Below are positions 38,738-48,166 of a stretch of 64,000 nt of DNA, one piece after another. The stretch covers positions 2,061,450 through 2,125,449 of the forward strand of contig CAWDEM010000008.1 of assembly GCA_963801355.1 (NCBI GenBank), read 5' to 3'. The first letter of the stretch is position 1. Each line of letters starts with the position of its first letter. Position numbers and translations under genes: made by a program. The notes beneath the pieces are model-generated. The model ran no database searches. It worked only from the letters and a program-made list of their open reading frames with translations, and was not told the DNA's origin. The stretch comes from Ignavibacteriota bacterium (GTDB lineage Bacteria > Bacteroidota > Ignavibacteria > UBA10030 > UBA6906).

Positions 38738-39661
38738 CTATCCTCCCAGAATCACCGAGGGTACGTACTTTCTCAATTCCGCCGCCATCCGGTCAGCGGC
38801 GTCACTGGCCGGAGACCGCAATGCACCGAGGGTATACGATTTCCCCAGCCGGATATACTTTTCGCTGCCGGCGGAATGATACGGCAACAGGTGAATCTCG
38901 CGAATTGCCGGGAGCGATGCAAGCCATTCCCCGCTCGCCCTGATGTTGTGCGGGTCATCGTTAACTCCCGGAATCAGGGGAATGCGCACGATGATGTGCT
39001 TCCCCCACTGCACGAGCCGCCGCATATTCTCGAGCAGGAGAACATTGGATACCCCGGTGTATTCCCTGTGCTTCGCGTCATCCATCATCTTCAGGTCATA
39101 CAGAAAGAGATCCACCAGAGGCGCAATGCGTTCCAGAATCGCCGGCGATGTACAGCCCGTCGTGTCCACAACGGTGTGTAGCTCCAGTCGCCGGCTGGCA
39201 TGCAGCAGCGACGCGAGGAACTCATGCTGGAGGAGGGGTTCGCCTCCGGAAAATGTGACGCCGCCTCCTGACTCATCAAAAAAGACCCGGTCACGGACGA
39301 CTTCCTCCAGAACACTCCCCGTGGTCATCTCCCTTCCCACGACCTCGCGCGCGCCGGCGTAGCAGTCAGGCACGCACTCCCCGCACCGCGCGCACAGCGT
39401 GCGGTCTGTGATCACCCGGCCGTCATCCCGGATGATAGCGCCGTGTGTGCAGGTATCCACACATTTGCCGCACTGTATGCATCGCTCTTCCCGGAGGATG
39501 ATTTCCGGATCGCGGCGTATGGACTCCGGATTGTGGCACCATGGACACGCAAGAGGACAGCCCTTGAGGAAGACGGTCGTCCTGATCCCCGGTCCGTCGT
39601 GAACCGAGAATCTCATGATGTTGTACACCATGCCTGCGATATCAGGAGAGAAGGCTGACAT
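38738..39661 (-). CDS. Glycyl-radical enzyme activating protein (radical SAM, with an auxiliary ferredoxin-like cluster domain).
   Basis: CPLACPWCHNPES radical-SAM cluster motif plus the additional CIQCGKCVDTC...CARCGECVPDC clusters. Confidence 0.9.
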   Translation of the reverse strand: MSAFSPDIAGMVYNIMRFSVHDGPGIRTTVFLKGCPLACPWCHNPESIRRDPEIILREERCIQCGKCVDTCTHGAIIRDDGRVITDRTLCARCGECVPDCYAGAREVVGREMTTGSVLEEVVRDRVFFDESGGGVTFSGGEPLLQHEFLASLLHASRRLELHTVVDTTGCTSPAILERIAPLVDLFLYDLKMMDDAKHREYTGVSNVLLLENMRRLVQWGKHIIVRIPLIPGVNDDPHNIRASGEWLASLPAIREIHLLPYHSAGSEKYIRLGKSYTLGALRSPASDAADRMAAELRKYVPSVILGG

Positions 39662-39812
39662 TGTTCACGTCAGGATGTCCGCCTGCCTCGCCCGGGAATC
39701 GTCAGCAGATCTTTCAAGTCTTTCGTCCCCAGAATGGTAATGACCAGAGCCGCTCCAAAGAAGAGCAACGCGGCAGCCGCGAAGATCAGAAGCCAGACAT
39801 ACGCCCATGTGA

Positions 39813-41282
39813 TCATAATCGCACCGGAGGATGTGATTTCTGCGTAAGCAGTGATCCGATGACCATCCCTGCAAGCGCCAGTAAGAAACTGAAGAAGCCG
39901 GAAATGTTGACATCCACGAGAAACAGCATCTCCCGGGGCAGTGAGGACTTGATGAGATCAAGAACCAGGAACCCTATCGGCGCCAGCGCACCACATCCCA
40001 GGGCGGCATATGCCCCTACGAGGTTCGCTTTCTTCCAGTACAACCCTGCCACGACACAGCCGAACGCTCCCGCACCGTACATCGCCCCTGTGATCGCCGT
40101 GTATTGAAACGCCGTCGCCGGGATCTCGTACCAGAGCCCGAACACCAGGATGAACACTCCGATGATCCCCGTGACAGTCCTGGTCAGGAGCATTGTCGCG
40201 CGTTCCGAGAGCTCCCTCTTCCGGATCGGCACAATGATGTCACGCGTCGCCACCGAACTCCAGGCGAGCATATAGGCGCTGTAGGTGGACATCGAGGCAG
40301 CCAGCATACCGGCTATCATCAGCCCCAGCAGGCCACTGGGGACAACCGTGCCGAGCAACTTCGGCATCGCCGTCATGGAATTCACGGAAGGACCGAACAT
40401 TGCCAGCGCGGCGATCCCCCAGAACATCGGCACCATATACCTCCCCGCCAGCGTGATGCCCGTATAGAGGAATACCTTTCTCCCCACTTCAGGACTTTCG
40501 GAAGAAAACGCCTTTGATGCGGCCGGTTGGTTCAGAGCCGACATTGCCACACTCCCGATCAACATCCAGAAAATGAAAGCCCAGCCGAACCGGGGGTTGG
40601 CAGCCGGATTGACGCCTTGCTCGCCCATCTGATGTACCACTGCGGACGCCATGTCCGACAGGTTCACGTTGGCGAGAACGAAGAGCGTCGCAATCAACAT
40701 CCCTAACGACAACACAACAAACTGAATGAAATCCGTCACGACAACCGAGAACATCCCACCCAGAATCGTATACGAGACGACCACGATCAGCATCACGGTC
40801 ATCACCGTAAACAGCATCCCCTGTCCCAGCCCCATTGTCTGGGTCAGAAAGAGTCCGTCCATCTTCAGGAAGATGCCCATATTGAGCACCCCCCCCAGGA
40901 AGAGGAGTATGCCGCCGAGGAGGCGCACACCTTTACTGTACCGCAGTTGATAGAATTCCGGGATGGTCACAATTCTCAACGCCCTGAGGCCCGACACAAT
41001 AAAACCGGTTTTGCCGATTACCAGGTACCCGAAGAAGCCGATGATCCCGAGGATGAAGCAGGAAAAACCGGTGACATACCCCAGCTCGCCGAAATACATA
41101 AACGTGACGATCCCGATCTCTGTGGCGATCAGCGTCGCAGACCCGAGGGCCACTTTCACACGACGGCCCGCGACGAAATAGCCCTCCATGTTTTCCACAT
41201 ATTTCCGCGCCCGCAGACCGACGAACATCGAGCCGGCCAGATAGGCAAACAGGATGCACCAGTCGAGAGTTTGAAAATTCAT
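39813..41282 (-). CDS. Sodium:solute symporter family transporter (PutP/PanF-like).
   Basis: The N-terminal SSF motif (YFVAGRRVKVALGSATLIATEIG) and about 13 TM helices. Confidence 0.8.
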   Translation of the reverse strand: MNFQTLDWCILFAYLAGSMFVGLRARKYVENMEGYFVAGRRVKVALGSATLIATEIGIVTFMYFGELGYVTGFSCFILGIIGFFGYLVIGKTGFIVSGLRALRIVTIPEFYQLRYSKGVRLLGGILLFLGGVLNMGIFLKMDGLFLTQTMGLGQGMLFTVMTVMLIVVVSYTILGGMFSVVVTDFIQFVVLSLGMLIATLFVLANVNLSDMASAVVHQMGEQGVNPAANPRFGWAFIFWMLIGSVAMSALNQPAASKAFSSESPEVGRKVFLYTGITLAGRYMVPMFWGIAALAMFGPSVNSMTAMPKLLGTVVPSGLLGLMIAGMLAASMSTYSAYMLAWSSVATRDIIVPIRKRELSERATMLLTRTVTGIIGVFILVFGLWYEIPATAFQYTAITGAMYGAGAFGCVVAGLYWKKANLVGAYAALGCGALAPIGFLVLDLIKSSLPREMLFLVDVNISGFFSFLLALAGMVIGSLLTQKSHPPVRL

Positions 41283-41298
41283 CCGGGTGATGCTCCTT

Positions 41299-43083
41299 TC
41301 AGTCAGGCACCGTCAGCGTCCGGTCGTACACCTCGATTTCCCGGATCGAATAGGCCGAAATGGTTGAACGCCCCCCGGTTCCCTCGAGCCCGTACATCCT
41401 GAGGTAACGGACGGGGGCCGTTGTCACCGCGTGTTCATCGACTCCCCCTGCTCCGCGGGGGACCTCCCGTATCGTTTTCCAGGCGATCCCGTCGTCCGAA
41501 ACCTCCAGCCTGTATGTGCGCGCGCAGGTTTCACCCCACCGGATGCGTATCGCAGCAATCGTCCTCGGCTCCTTCCAGGAAAGCATCAGCCATTGCTCTT
41601 CTTGGCCGTCCGATTTAGTCCATGCCGCGGAATTCCATCGCGTCGAAAGGTCTCCATCGTTCGCGGATGAGGGGCCAAAGGCCGGACCGATGACAGAGTA
41701 CGTTGAGGCGGTGACACGTGCTTCGCGTGCGATGTTTGCCGGAGGAATTACCGAGTCGCGCGCCACCATCTGAAGGGCGAGCACGGCATACGGCGGAACT
41801 TCAAGCCGCACGGTCGTGCCGTCTGCGCGCAGATCCGGCAGGGCCTGGTTCGGGTGCGTCGAGTCGAGCAGCACCGCTTGGACCGTCGCCGCGGGCTGAA
41901 ACTGCGCGATCTGCACCGAGACCTTCTTTGCAACCGTGGCACTTGTATTAATCAGCATGGCTGCGAGCCGACGTCCGCTCCGCGCCGCGTATACCTTGAC
42001 GTGCGGATCGGTCGAGGTCGACGCAACCAGCGTGTCGCCAAACAGGCGCCGGAAAAGAGGAAACACATGATATGTGTAGCTAGGTGTATTCCTGCCTTCG
42101 GAGGACAGGTAGCCATAGTCCCCCTTCCGCGGGGGGAACGCATTATGGAGAGCCCAGTAGCAGGCAATATCGGTCTTCGCCGCTGCCATGGTCCCCAGCA
42201 TGTCGGCGACCCAGACAGCGTTCACCATCTGCAAGGTCTGAGGCCCGGGGGAGTGATTCACGGAATTATACCCGACATTGACAAAAAGAATTTGTGCCGC
42301 TTTCTTCTTCCCCACCGCGCGTTCCACGTCGGCACGCAGGCGCAGGAATTGGTCACGGTATGTCGCAGTGCTGGCCAGAAGCGTGTCGTCGTTCTCCTTG
42401 CCCCATTGCTGCGGGTAGAACGTCACGGTCAACATATCGATATACTCACCCGCGGCGGCCAGCACCCGCTCTGTCCACCGTTCCGGATGAACCCCCAGGA
42501 ACACATTGGTGGCCACCTTGATGGTTGGGTCAGCTTCTTTCATAGCCTTTACGAACGTCACATACTTTGCGGCATAGGCTTCCGGGGTAGAGTGGCCTTT
42601 CGCCCACCATCCCCACTGTTCGTCGCCGACCTCCCAGTAGCGGACGCGCGGCCCACAGCCCGTGTTGCAGTGCCTCACCCACGCGGCAGCCAGCTCTGGC
42701 GACTGGTTGAAGTTGATGGTAATGAAGGGCTCGGCTCCGACCTCGCGGCAGAAGGCGAGATACTCATCCGTTTCCATTTCCGCGGTGTTGTTATCGGGGG
42801 AGTTCCAGACGTAGGAATCCGCATCGTTGCCGCCGGGATACTTCAGGTTGGTGACCCCGGACGCTTTTACCTTCGCGATCGCATCCCGGTCACAGGTTAG
42901 CAGCATCCGGTCAACGGAGGAAGGAAAGAGGGATTCATCCCATCGCGCTGTATTGAGACCATAGAGGAGCGGATTGATGGGACCGAGAATGCTGCCTGCC
43001 TCGATGGTCAGCATTACTTTCTGTGCGGTTGCTGCCTGCGAGAGCGCGAGAGCCACCAGAAGGAGGCGTGCGAGTGTACTCAT
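41299..43083 (-). CDS. Secreted glycoside hydrolase (clan GH-A-like TIM barrel) with a C-terminal F5/8 type C (discoidin) carbohydrate-binding domain.
   Basis: Signal peptide MSTLARLLLVALALSQAATAQ. The start is moved to this internal Met. The C-terminal discoidin pattern is ANDGDLSTRWNS...WLMLSW...IRIRW. Confidence 0.65.
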   Translation of the reverse strand: MSTLARLLLVALALSQAATAQKVMLTIEAGSILGPINPLLYGLNTARWDESLFPSSVDRMLLTCDRDAIAKVKASGVTNLKYPGGNDADSYVWNSPDNNTAEMETDEYLAFCREVGAEPFITINFNQSPELAAAWVRHCNTGCGPRVRYWEVGDEQWGWWAKGHSTPEAYAAKYVTFVKAMKEADPTIKVATNVFLGVHPERWTERVLAAAGEYIDMLTVTFYPQQWGKENDDTLLASTATYRDQFLRLRADVERAVGKKKAAQILFVNVGYNSVNHSPGPQTLQMVNAVWVADMLGTMAAAKTDIACYWALHNAFPPRKGDYGYLSSEGRNTPSYTYHVFPLFRRLFGDTLVASTSTDPHVKVYAARSGRRLAAMLINTSATVAKKVSVQIAQFQPAATVQAVLLDSTHPNQALPDLRADGTTVRLEVPPYAVLALQMVARDSVIPPANIAREARVTASTYSVIGPAFGPSSANDGDLSTRWNSAAWTKSDGQEEQWLMLSWKEPRTIAAIRIRWGETCARTYRLEVSDDGIAWKTIREVPRGAGGVDEHAVTTAPVRYLRMYGLEGTGGRSTISAYSIREIEVYDRTLTVPD

Positions 43084-44015
43084 AGTGTCTTTCGCATGAT
43101 GATGTGGCGGCGGAGGACCCTGAGGCCCATGCGGTGGTAGAAGTCTTTGACATGACCCGTCGTCCACGCCAGCCAGAGGTTGTGCTTTCCTTTTTTCCGC
43201 ATTTGCTCGACCGTTGCATAGTACAGTAACGGGCCAAGGCCGCGCCCGCTGAAGCCGGGGTGGATCCCGAACGGGCCGAAGTGTTCATCCCGGAAGTGGC
43301 TGAACCCGACCACGTCGCCGTCTTTTATCGCCACAAGGATTTCATCACACTCGGGGTCTTCGGTCAGCCTGTCGAGTGCAACCCGAAAGAGATCGCCGGG
43401 ATAGTATTGCCGGAGGAATTCCAGCAACAGCAGCGCATACTGCGGCGAGAACAGTGATACGGAAAAGCCGGATGCCGCCAGCCGCCTCCGGATCCCGGAC
43501 AGGTCGGGCGGCGTGGTGACGTCGAGCAGCGAGCACCCCATGCCGTAGACTCTGCGCCTGCCGGAGTACCCGTGTGCTTTCAGAAACGCATGCCCGGACG
43601 CAGAGCCGTCCACGTCGACGCCGGGAACAATGTAGTTCGGCGTATAGTCACACACCGTGACATCATGCACCCGGTGAGAAGCAAGGAAGGCCTCTCCCCG
43701 TTGCAGCATCGCGGTCCCGATACCCCGCCGCTGATATTCCGGATCCACAAAAAAAACAGTGATCCATCCCCTGCCGGTTTCGAGACCCAGATCATAGTAC
43801 GGATAACGTCTGTAGAGGGCAAGGAGAAAACCGACGACGGTATCGTCGCTGAGGGCGACCTGGCAGCCGGAGGGATCAAGGTTGGGGTCAAGAATGATCT
43901 TGCGACGGAACGTTGCAATGGAGATTTCGTCACGCGGCAGGCATTTATTCCACAGTGCAACGATCTGGCGTTCATCACACCCGTGGAGATGCCGGTATTC
44001 GATCGTGTCGATCAT
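43080..44015 (-). CDS. GNAT family N-acetyltransferase with two GNAT domains.
   Basis: Acetyl-CoA-binding motifs (QRRGIGTAML, GRGLGPLLY) appear in both halves. 311 aa. Confidence 0.75.
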   Translation of the reverse strand: MIDTIEYRHLHGCDERQIVALWNKCLPRDEISIATFRRKIILDPNLDPSGCQVALSDDTVVGFLLALYRRYPYYDLGLETGRGWITVFFVDPEYQRRGIGTAMLQRGEAFLASHRVHDVTVCDYTPNYIVPGVDVDGSASGHAFLKAHGYSGRRRVYGMGCSLLDVTTPPDLSGIRRRLAASGFSVSLFSPQYALLLLEFLRQYYPGDLFRVALDRLTEDPECDEILVAIKDGDVVGFSHFRDEHFGPFGIHPGFSGRGLGPLLYYATVEQMRKKGKHNLWLAWTTGHVKDFYHRMGLRVLRRHIIMRKTL

Positions 44016-44953
44016 CCGAGCTGTTTCTTGAGCAACACGAACCGGCGTGTCTCGCGGAAGCCGAACTTGCCGTAGACCTTCGCGGCAAGATCATCAGTCC
44101 ACATCACCCATGCATCGTGGTGGCCGGCACATCTCATCCGTTCAAGCGTGCGGGCGAGCAACACGGTGCCGATCCCCTGACCTTGAAACGCTTCCGCGAC
44201 GCCGAACGGACCGAAGTGCGATCCCTCAAACTGACAGTAGCCAATAATCCCGCCTGCATGTGTGACGACGGTGATCTGTTCCGGGTGGAAGCTTCCTTCG
44301 GTCATTTTGCGGAGATTGCGCCGTTCGACCCTCACCCAGTCGGTAGGCATCGAGCGCTCGAGAAATCCGAGAAACATAGTAAGATCCGTCCGGCGGTAGG
44401 TTCTGATTTCGATGCCTCCAGCGCGCAGGGCGAGCTCTTTCTCCCGTATAGCCTGCGAAGGATGAAACTTGACGATCGGCGCATCCATGCTGAGAGCTTC
44501 GTGAAACGGTACGTATCCCCGCTGCTCCAGATATCGCAGCAGAGGCGCAGAGGCGTGCTTGTCGATCCCCGGCGTGAAGTAGGCCGGAGGGTAGTTCGCG
44601 ATGGAACATGCGATTTTTCCCCGGCCGGCAAAGCGCCGCTCCAGTTCTCCCAGGAGCGCGTCGCCGACACCCGCTAGATCAGCGTCCGGATCAACGGCAA
44701 CGACCGTGATCCACGATGCTGTCCCTTGCGGATCCGCATCGCCGAGCGGCATGCGCTGCGCTATATATCCGATCACAAATCCCGCCAGGCGATCTCCCTC
44801 ATGTGCAAGAAGAAAGCAGCCGGGATCGAAGTTCTCGTCGAGAAGGACGCGGGATTCGAAGATGGCTTCCGATGGCACGTCAAGGGGAAGAGCCCGTGCC
44901 CACAACGCGAGGATTCCCCCCCGTGCGTCGTCTGTGTACTGTGAGATGGTCAT
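44012..44953 (-). CDS. GNAT family N-acetyltransferase with two GNAT domains, paralogous to the upstream gene.
   Basis: Same architecture and length (313 aa) as its neighbour, with shared motifs (FGPFG, GQGIGTVLL). The two genes overlap by 4 bp. Confidence 0.75.
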   Translation of the reverse strand: MTISQYTDDARGGILALWARALPLDVPSEAIFESRVLLDENFDPGCFLLAHEGDRLAGFVIGYIAQRMPLGDADPQGTASWITVVAVDPDADLAGVGDALLGELERRFAGRGKIACSIANYPPAYFTPGIDKHASAPLLRYLEQRGYVPFHEALSMDAPIVKFHPSQAIREKELALRAGGIEIRTYRRTDLTMFLGFLERSMPTDWVRVERRNLRKMTEGSFHPEQITVVTHAGGIIGYCQFEGSHFGPFGVAEAFQGQGIGTVLLARTLERMRCAGHHDAWVMWTDDLAAKVYGKFGFRETRRFVLLKKQLG

Positions 44954-44971
44954 ACTGTTCCGGCCGGGTTG

Positions 44972-45997
44972 CTAGTGACTGATGGCCACGGAGATGAAGT
45001 GGCGTGATCCGAGAATTCCGAAGGGTTCGTACGCATAGTCGATGCGCACGGGGAATCCGGAAATCTCCTGGGACACGCCCACGCCGGCGCTCCACCCACG
45101 CTCGTCATAATTCGTTGCATACCCGACACGGGCGGTGAACTTGCCGAGAAAACAGTACTCGGCCCCGAATTTCGCCTTTTCACCGAAATCACGCGGATGC
45201 CGTGACTCGAAGCAGACAACAAACGCATGGGTCGAGTCTTCATCCATGAAGAAACCCAGCGGTCTGACGGTGACGCCGAAACTCACAACAAAGGGAAGCG
45301 GAAATGCCTCGTTCTCGTATGTCAGTTCCCTGGAAATATTTTGCAGGACAGCGCCGAAGGTGATGCCGTTGCTCAGGAACTCGTAGTATGCGCCGACGTC
45401 CAGCCCGAGTACATCCTTGGCGTAGTTGCGCTGATCGAGCGCAAGCGCCGAATCGGAAAGTGACGAACCGGCCGTTGAAACCCAGGCGTCCCCGAGATTC
45501 TGACGGGCGTATTTCGCATGGATGCCGTAGGAAAAGTGGTCGGAGACTTTTTGCGAGAACGCTAGACCTATTGCCATCGCCGTGGGCGTGAACGTCCCCG
45601 TCTCTTCGTAGCCCTGACTGTTCGCCGAACGTACGGTGCCATAGAAAGTCCCGTAATCCATGGACAGCACACTGAATCCCAGCACGCCGAAATCCAGGAG
45701 CCGGATTCCACCCGCCACGGCGTTGTAGTTGATGTCGGCAATGCCTTCCGTGTGGTTCATCGAGACTTCAATGTCGCGGGGCATCCAGCTGAGCAGCGCG
45801 GGATTCCAGAAGATGCTGTTGGCGGAGAATGTGTTCACGACACCCACAGATCCTCTTCCCACTACTTCGGCCGAGACGGGATTCTCCAGGAAACGGAAAC
45901 CCACCTGTGCCCTTTTCACAAACTGCGCCTGCAGCAGGCCATGGGACGCCCCACAGACGAACAGGGTCAACATGATCAATCTTGTTCTGGTAGACAT
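44972..45997 (-). CDS. Outer-membrane beta-barrel protein, possibly PorQ/PorV/PorP-like. Function not established.
   Basis: Signal peptide MSTRTRLIMLTLFVCGASHGLLQAQ. The sequence has an alternating amphipathic beta-strand pattern, and the C-terminus ISVAISH ends in an aromatic/His residue, typical of outer membrane proteins. Confidence 0.5.
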   Translation of the reverse strand: MSTRTRLIMLTLFVCGASHGLLQAQFVKRAQVGFRFLENPVSAEVVGRGSVGVVNTFSANSIFWNPALLSWMPRDIEVSMNHTEGIADINYNAVAGGIRLLDFGVLGFSVLSMDYGTFYGTVRSANSQGYEETGTFTPTAMAIGLAFSQKVSDHFSYGIHAKYARQNLGDAWVSTAGSSLSDSALALDQRNYAKDVLGLDVGAYYEFLSNGITFGAVLQNISRELTYENEAFPLPFVVSFGVTVRPLGFFMDEDSTHAFVVCFESRHPRDFGEKAKFGAEYCFLGKFTARVGYATNYDERGWSAGVGVSQEISGFPVRIDYAYEPFGILGSRHFISVAISH

Positions 45998-46023
45998 CAG
46001 AACCTCCGGTTCCGGTCGAGGAG

Positions 46024-48141
46024 TTATCGTACAATCACGAACTTCACAAACTGATTGTCGAGCGGGCGATCATTGGGATCCCGGCAATCCGTCACGGCAA
46101 GGACATAGATACCGCTGCTGACATACTGGTTGTCTTCGGTGCGCTGATTCCACTCGTGATCAGCGGTCCCGTAGTGCTCGATCATCTTGACGAGGTCGCC
46201 GGTCTCCGTAAAAATGCGCAGCGTGCATTTGATGGGGAGATTGAAAAAAGAAATCTTGTCAGGTGTCCCGCCGACCAACGCTCTGCCCGCAGCGATGGTC
46301 GCAGGATTCGGCACGACGCGGACTCCTTCGGATGTATTCATGCCGGGCTTGAATGCCACCGCAGGAAGCCTGGAACGGGTGGCAAACCGCGAGCTTTCGA
46401 GACGCACACCCGTGTCGATTCCGCTGGTGTTCTGTGTGCCATTGTCGACCGCGGTTACTGCATAGTAGTAATCCACACCGCGCTGGACGGACTGATCCAC
46501 ATATGTCGTCAGGGTGCGGTCTGTGGTTTCGAAGACGAGTTCCCAGCGCGCACCACTCTTCTGGTCAAGGGGATCATTGATGTAATATGCACCGCGTTTG
46601 CGGTAGACACGCCAGGCCTGCCAGTCGTTGACGCCGGTCACCGCATCGAGGAAATACTCAGGTGAGGGATACGCCCATTTGACGGTGATGATGTCCGGGC
46701 CCGACGTGACCTCGATATCCGGCGGCGGCGGTGACGCTGGAACCGCAGAACCCTTGCTGAGGCGGTCCCACGCCCAGTTGGCCCTGTCCAGGACATTCCA
46801 GAGTGAGTCGCATCCGGTGAGAATCCACGCCTTTTTCGCGGAATCGGTAAGCTGACCGGCAATCCAGAGCCGCCCGAGCGAATCCGACTTCTTCCAGTCC
46901 AGGCCGCCAACCCCCACCGCATACACGAATGTGAGCGAATCAATCCGCCCTTGCTGCCTGTTCTTGGTCAGCTCGTACGGCCCCGTGGTGATGAAACGCA
47001 TCGGCCCTTTCTGTGGCGTGGAGGTAAGAAACGCGCTGATCGGATCCAGGGGGAATCTGCCTCGCGCATCATCACCCCTGTACGTCTGCCGCAATCCGAC
47101 ATCCCGTCGTCCCCAGACATCGCTCACAATCGAAGCATGCGGGAGCGCGTATGGCTGCGCCGGATCGTCCGTCCTGTCAGTGGAGGCCTTGTCCGCGTGG
47201 AGAAGTGTATAGCCGGGAATTTGTGTGGAAGACAGAAACCCGGTGATCCGGTCGGGATCACCGGTGTCGTCATGGGAGCCGTTCGGGTACGGCGCAGAAG
47301 CAGGATTCCAGGCATCCCAGTAATATGCGACGGCGAGCGAGTCGCGCGGCCGGGAGGGGACGAGCGCCGACTTCCGTTTGAACCAGCTGTCAAGATCATC
47401 CTCGCCTTCATACGCGAAACCACCGATGACGTTCCGCTCTCCCGCTTTCGATGGACCGAAGCTGAATGCGAGAGGCCACCAGAAGCGTATCGTCTGATCG
47501 GGCAGAGTATCTTTCGAAGTCGAGGACGACCGCGGAAGCTTGATCTCCCCGGTGAACTTGTGCGTGGCCTTCCAGATCAGGTAGTCCGCGTGCAGCGGGT
47601 TGCTGAAGCCGAAGATTTCCACGTGACTCCGGATGCCGAACTGCGCGCAGACATCCTCGAATTCGATCTTGATGTCGGATGTCAACGCCGGATCCACCTT
47701 CCAGCGGTAGGGAGCATCGAGCTGGATGCCGTCCACGATGACGTGCGGCGGGCGGTAACGGCGGGTTTCAAGGGCCCAGTCGGTGGCGCCGAAGTTGGTC
47801 AGCGCATCCCCGCGTGTGTACATGTCGTGCTTCACGCCGTTCTCATCCAGTATGCCGGGATCATCCAGCGATACGGGGTTGAAGATCTGATACAGCATGT
47901 TCGATTGCCACCAATCCGCCGGCCAGTAGAATATCTCCGTGGATTGACGGTCGGCTCCCGTGAGGTTCCAGCTGAACTGGGACTGCAATCCGCCGTCACC
48001 CATCAGCTTGTTCATGCTCAGGCGGATGTTCCCCACGTCGAAGGACATAGGCGAGGGATTGTAGTTGCGATCCTGTGCATCCATCGTCGGGGCCCCGAGC
48101 AGCATCGCGCCGACGAGGAGACCGGGAAGAGTTGCTTTCAT
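46024..48141 (-). CDS. Secreted hypothetical protein with an Fn3-like domain and a divergent C-terminal T9SS sorting domain.
   Basis: Signal peptide MKATLPGLLVGAMLLGAPTMDAQ. C-terminal VVPNPA...LRIFTETGDLV...SSGIYVLAV matches the Por_Secre_tail pattern. Confidence 0.7.
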   Translation of the reverse strand: MKATLPGLLVGAMLLGAPTMDAQDRNYNPSPMSFDVGNIRLSMNKLMGDGGLQSQFSWNLTGADRQSTEIFYWPADWWQSNMLYQIFNPVSLDDPGILDENGVKHDMYTRGDALTNFGATDWALETRRYRPPHVIVDGIQLDAPYRWKVDPALTSDIKIEFEDVCAQFGIRSHVEIFGFSNPLHADYLIWKATHKFTGEIKLPRSSSTSKDTLPDQTIRFWWPLAFSFGPSKAGERNVIGGFAYEGEDDLDSWFKRKSALVPSRPRDSLAVAYYWDAWNPASAPYPNGSHDDTGDPDRITGFLSSTQIPGYTLLHADKASTDRTDDPAQPYALPHASIVSDVWGRRDVGLRQTYRGDDARGRFPLDPISAFLTSTPQKGPMRFITTGPYELTKNRQQGRIDSLTFVYAVGVGGLDWKKSDSLGRLWIAGQLTDSAKKAWILTGCDSLWNVLDRANWAWDRLSKGSAVPASPPPPDIEVTSGPDIITVKWAYPSPEYFLDAVTGVNDWQAWRVYRKRGAYYINDPLDQKSGARWELVFETTDRTLTTYVDQSVQRGVDYYYAVTAVDNGTQNTSGIDTGVRLESSRFATRSRLPAVAFKPGMNTSEGVRVVPNPATIAAGRALVGGTPDKISFFNLPIKCTLRIFTETGDLVKMIEHYGTADHEWNQRTEDNQYVSSGIYVLAVTDCRDPNDRPLDNQFVKFVIVR

Positions 48142-48166
48142 GGTTCGATCCTGTCAAATGACCACG

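Noticed and set aside
39665-39961. 98-aa ORF between the radical-SAM activase and the SSS transporter.
   Set aside because: It overlaps the 3' end of the transporter gene in another frame. Its Cys/Trp/Arg-rich, low-complexity composition indicates a spurious ORF. The 152-bp gap is more likely an ordinary intercistronic region.
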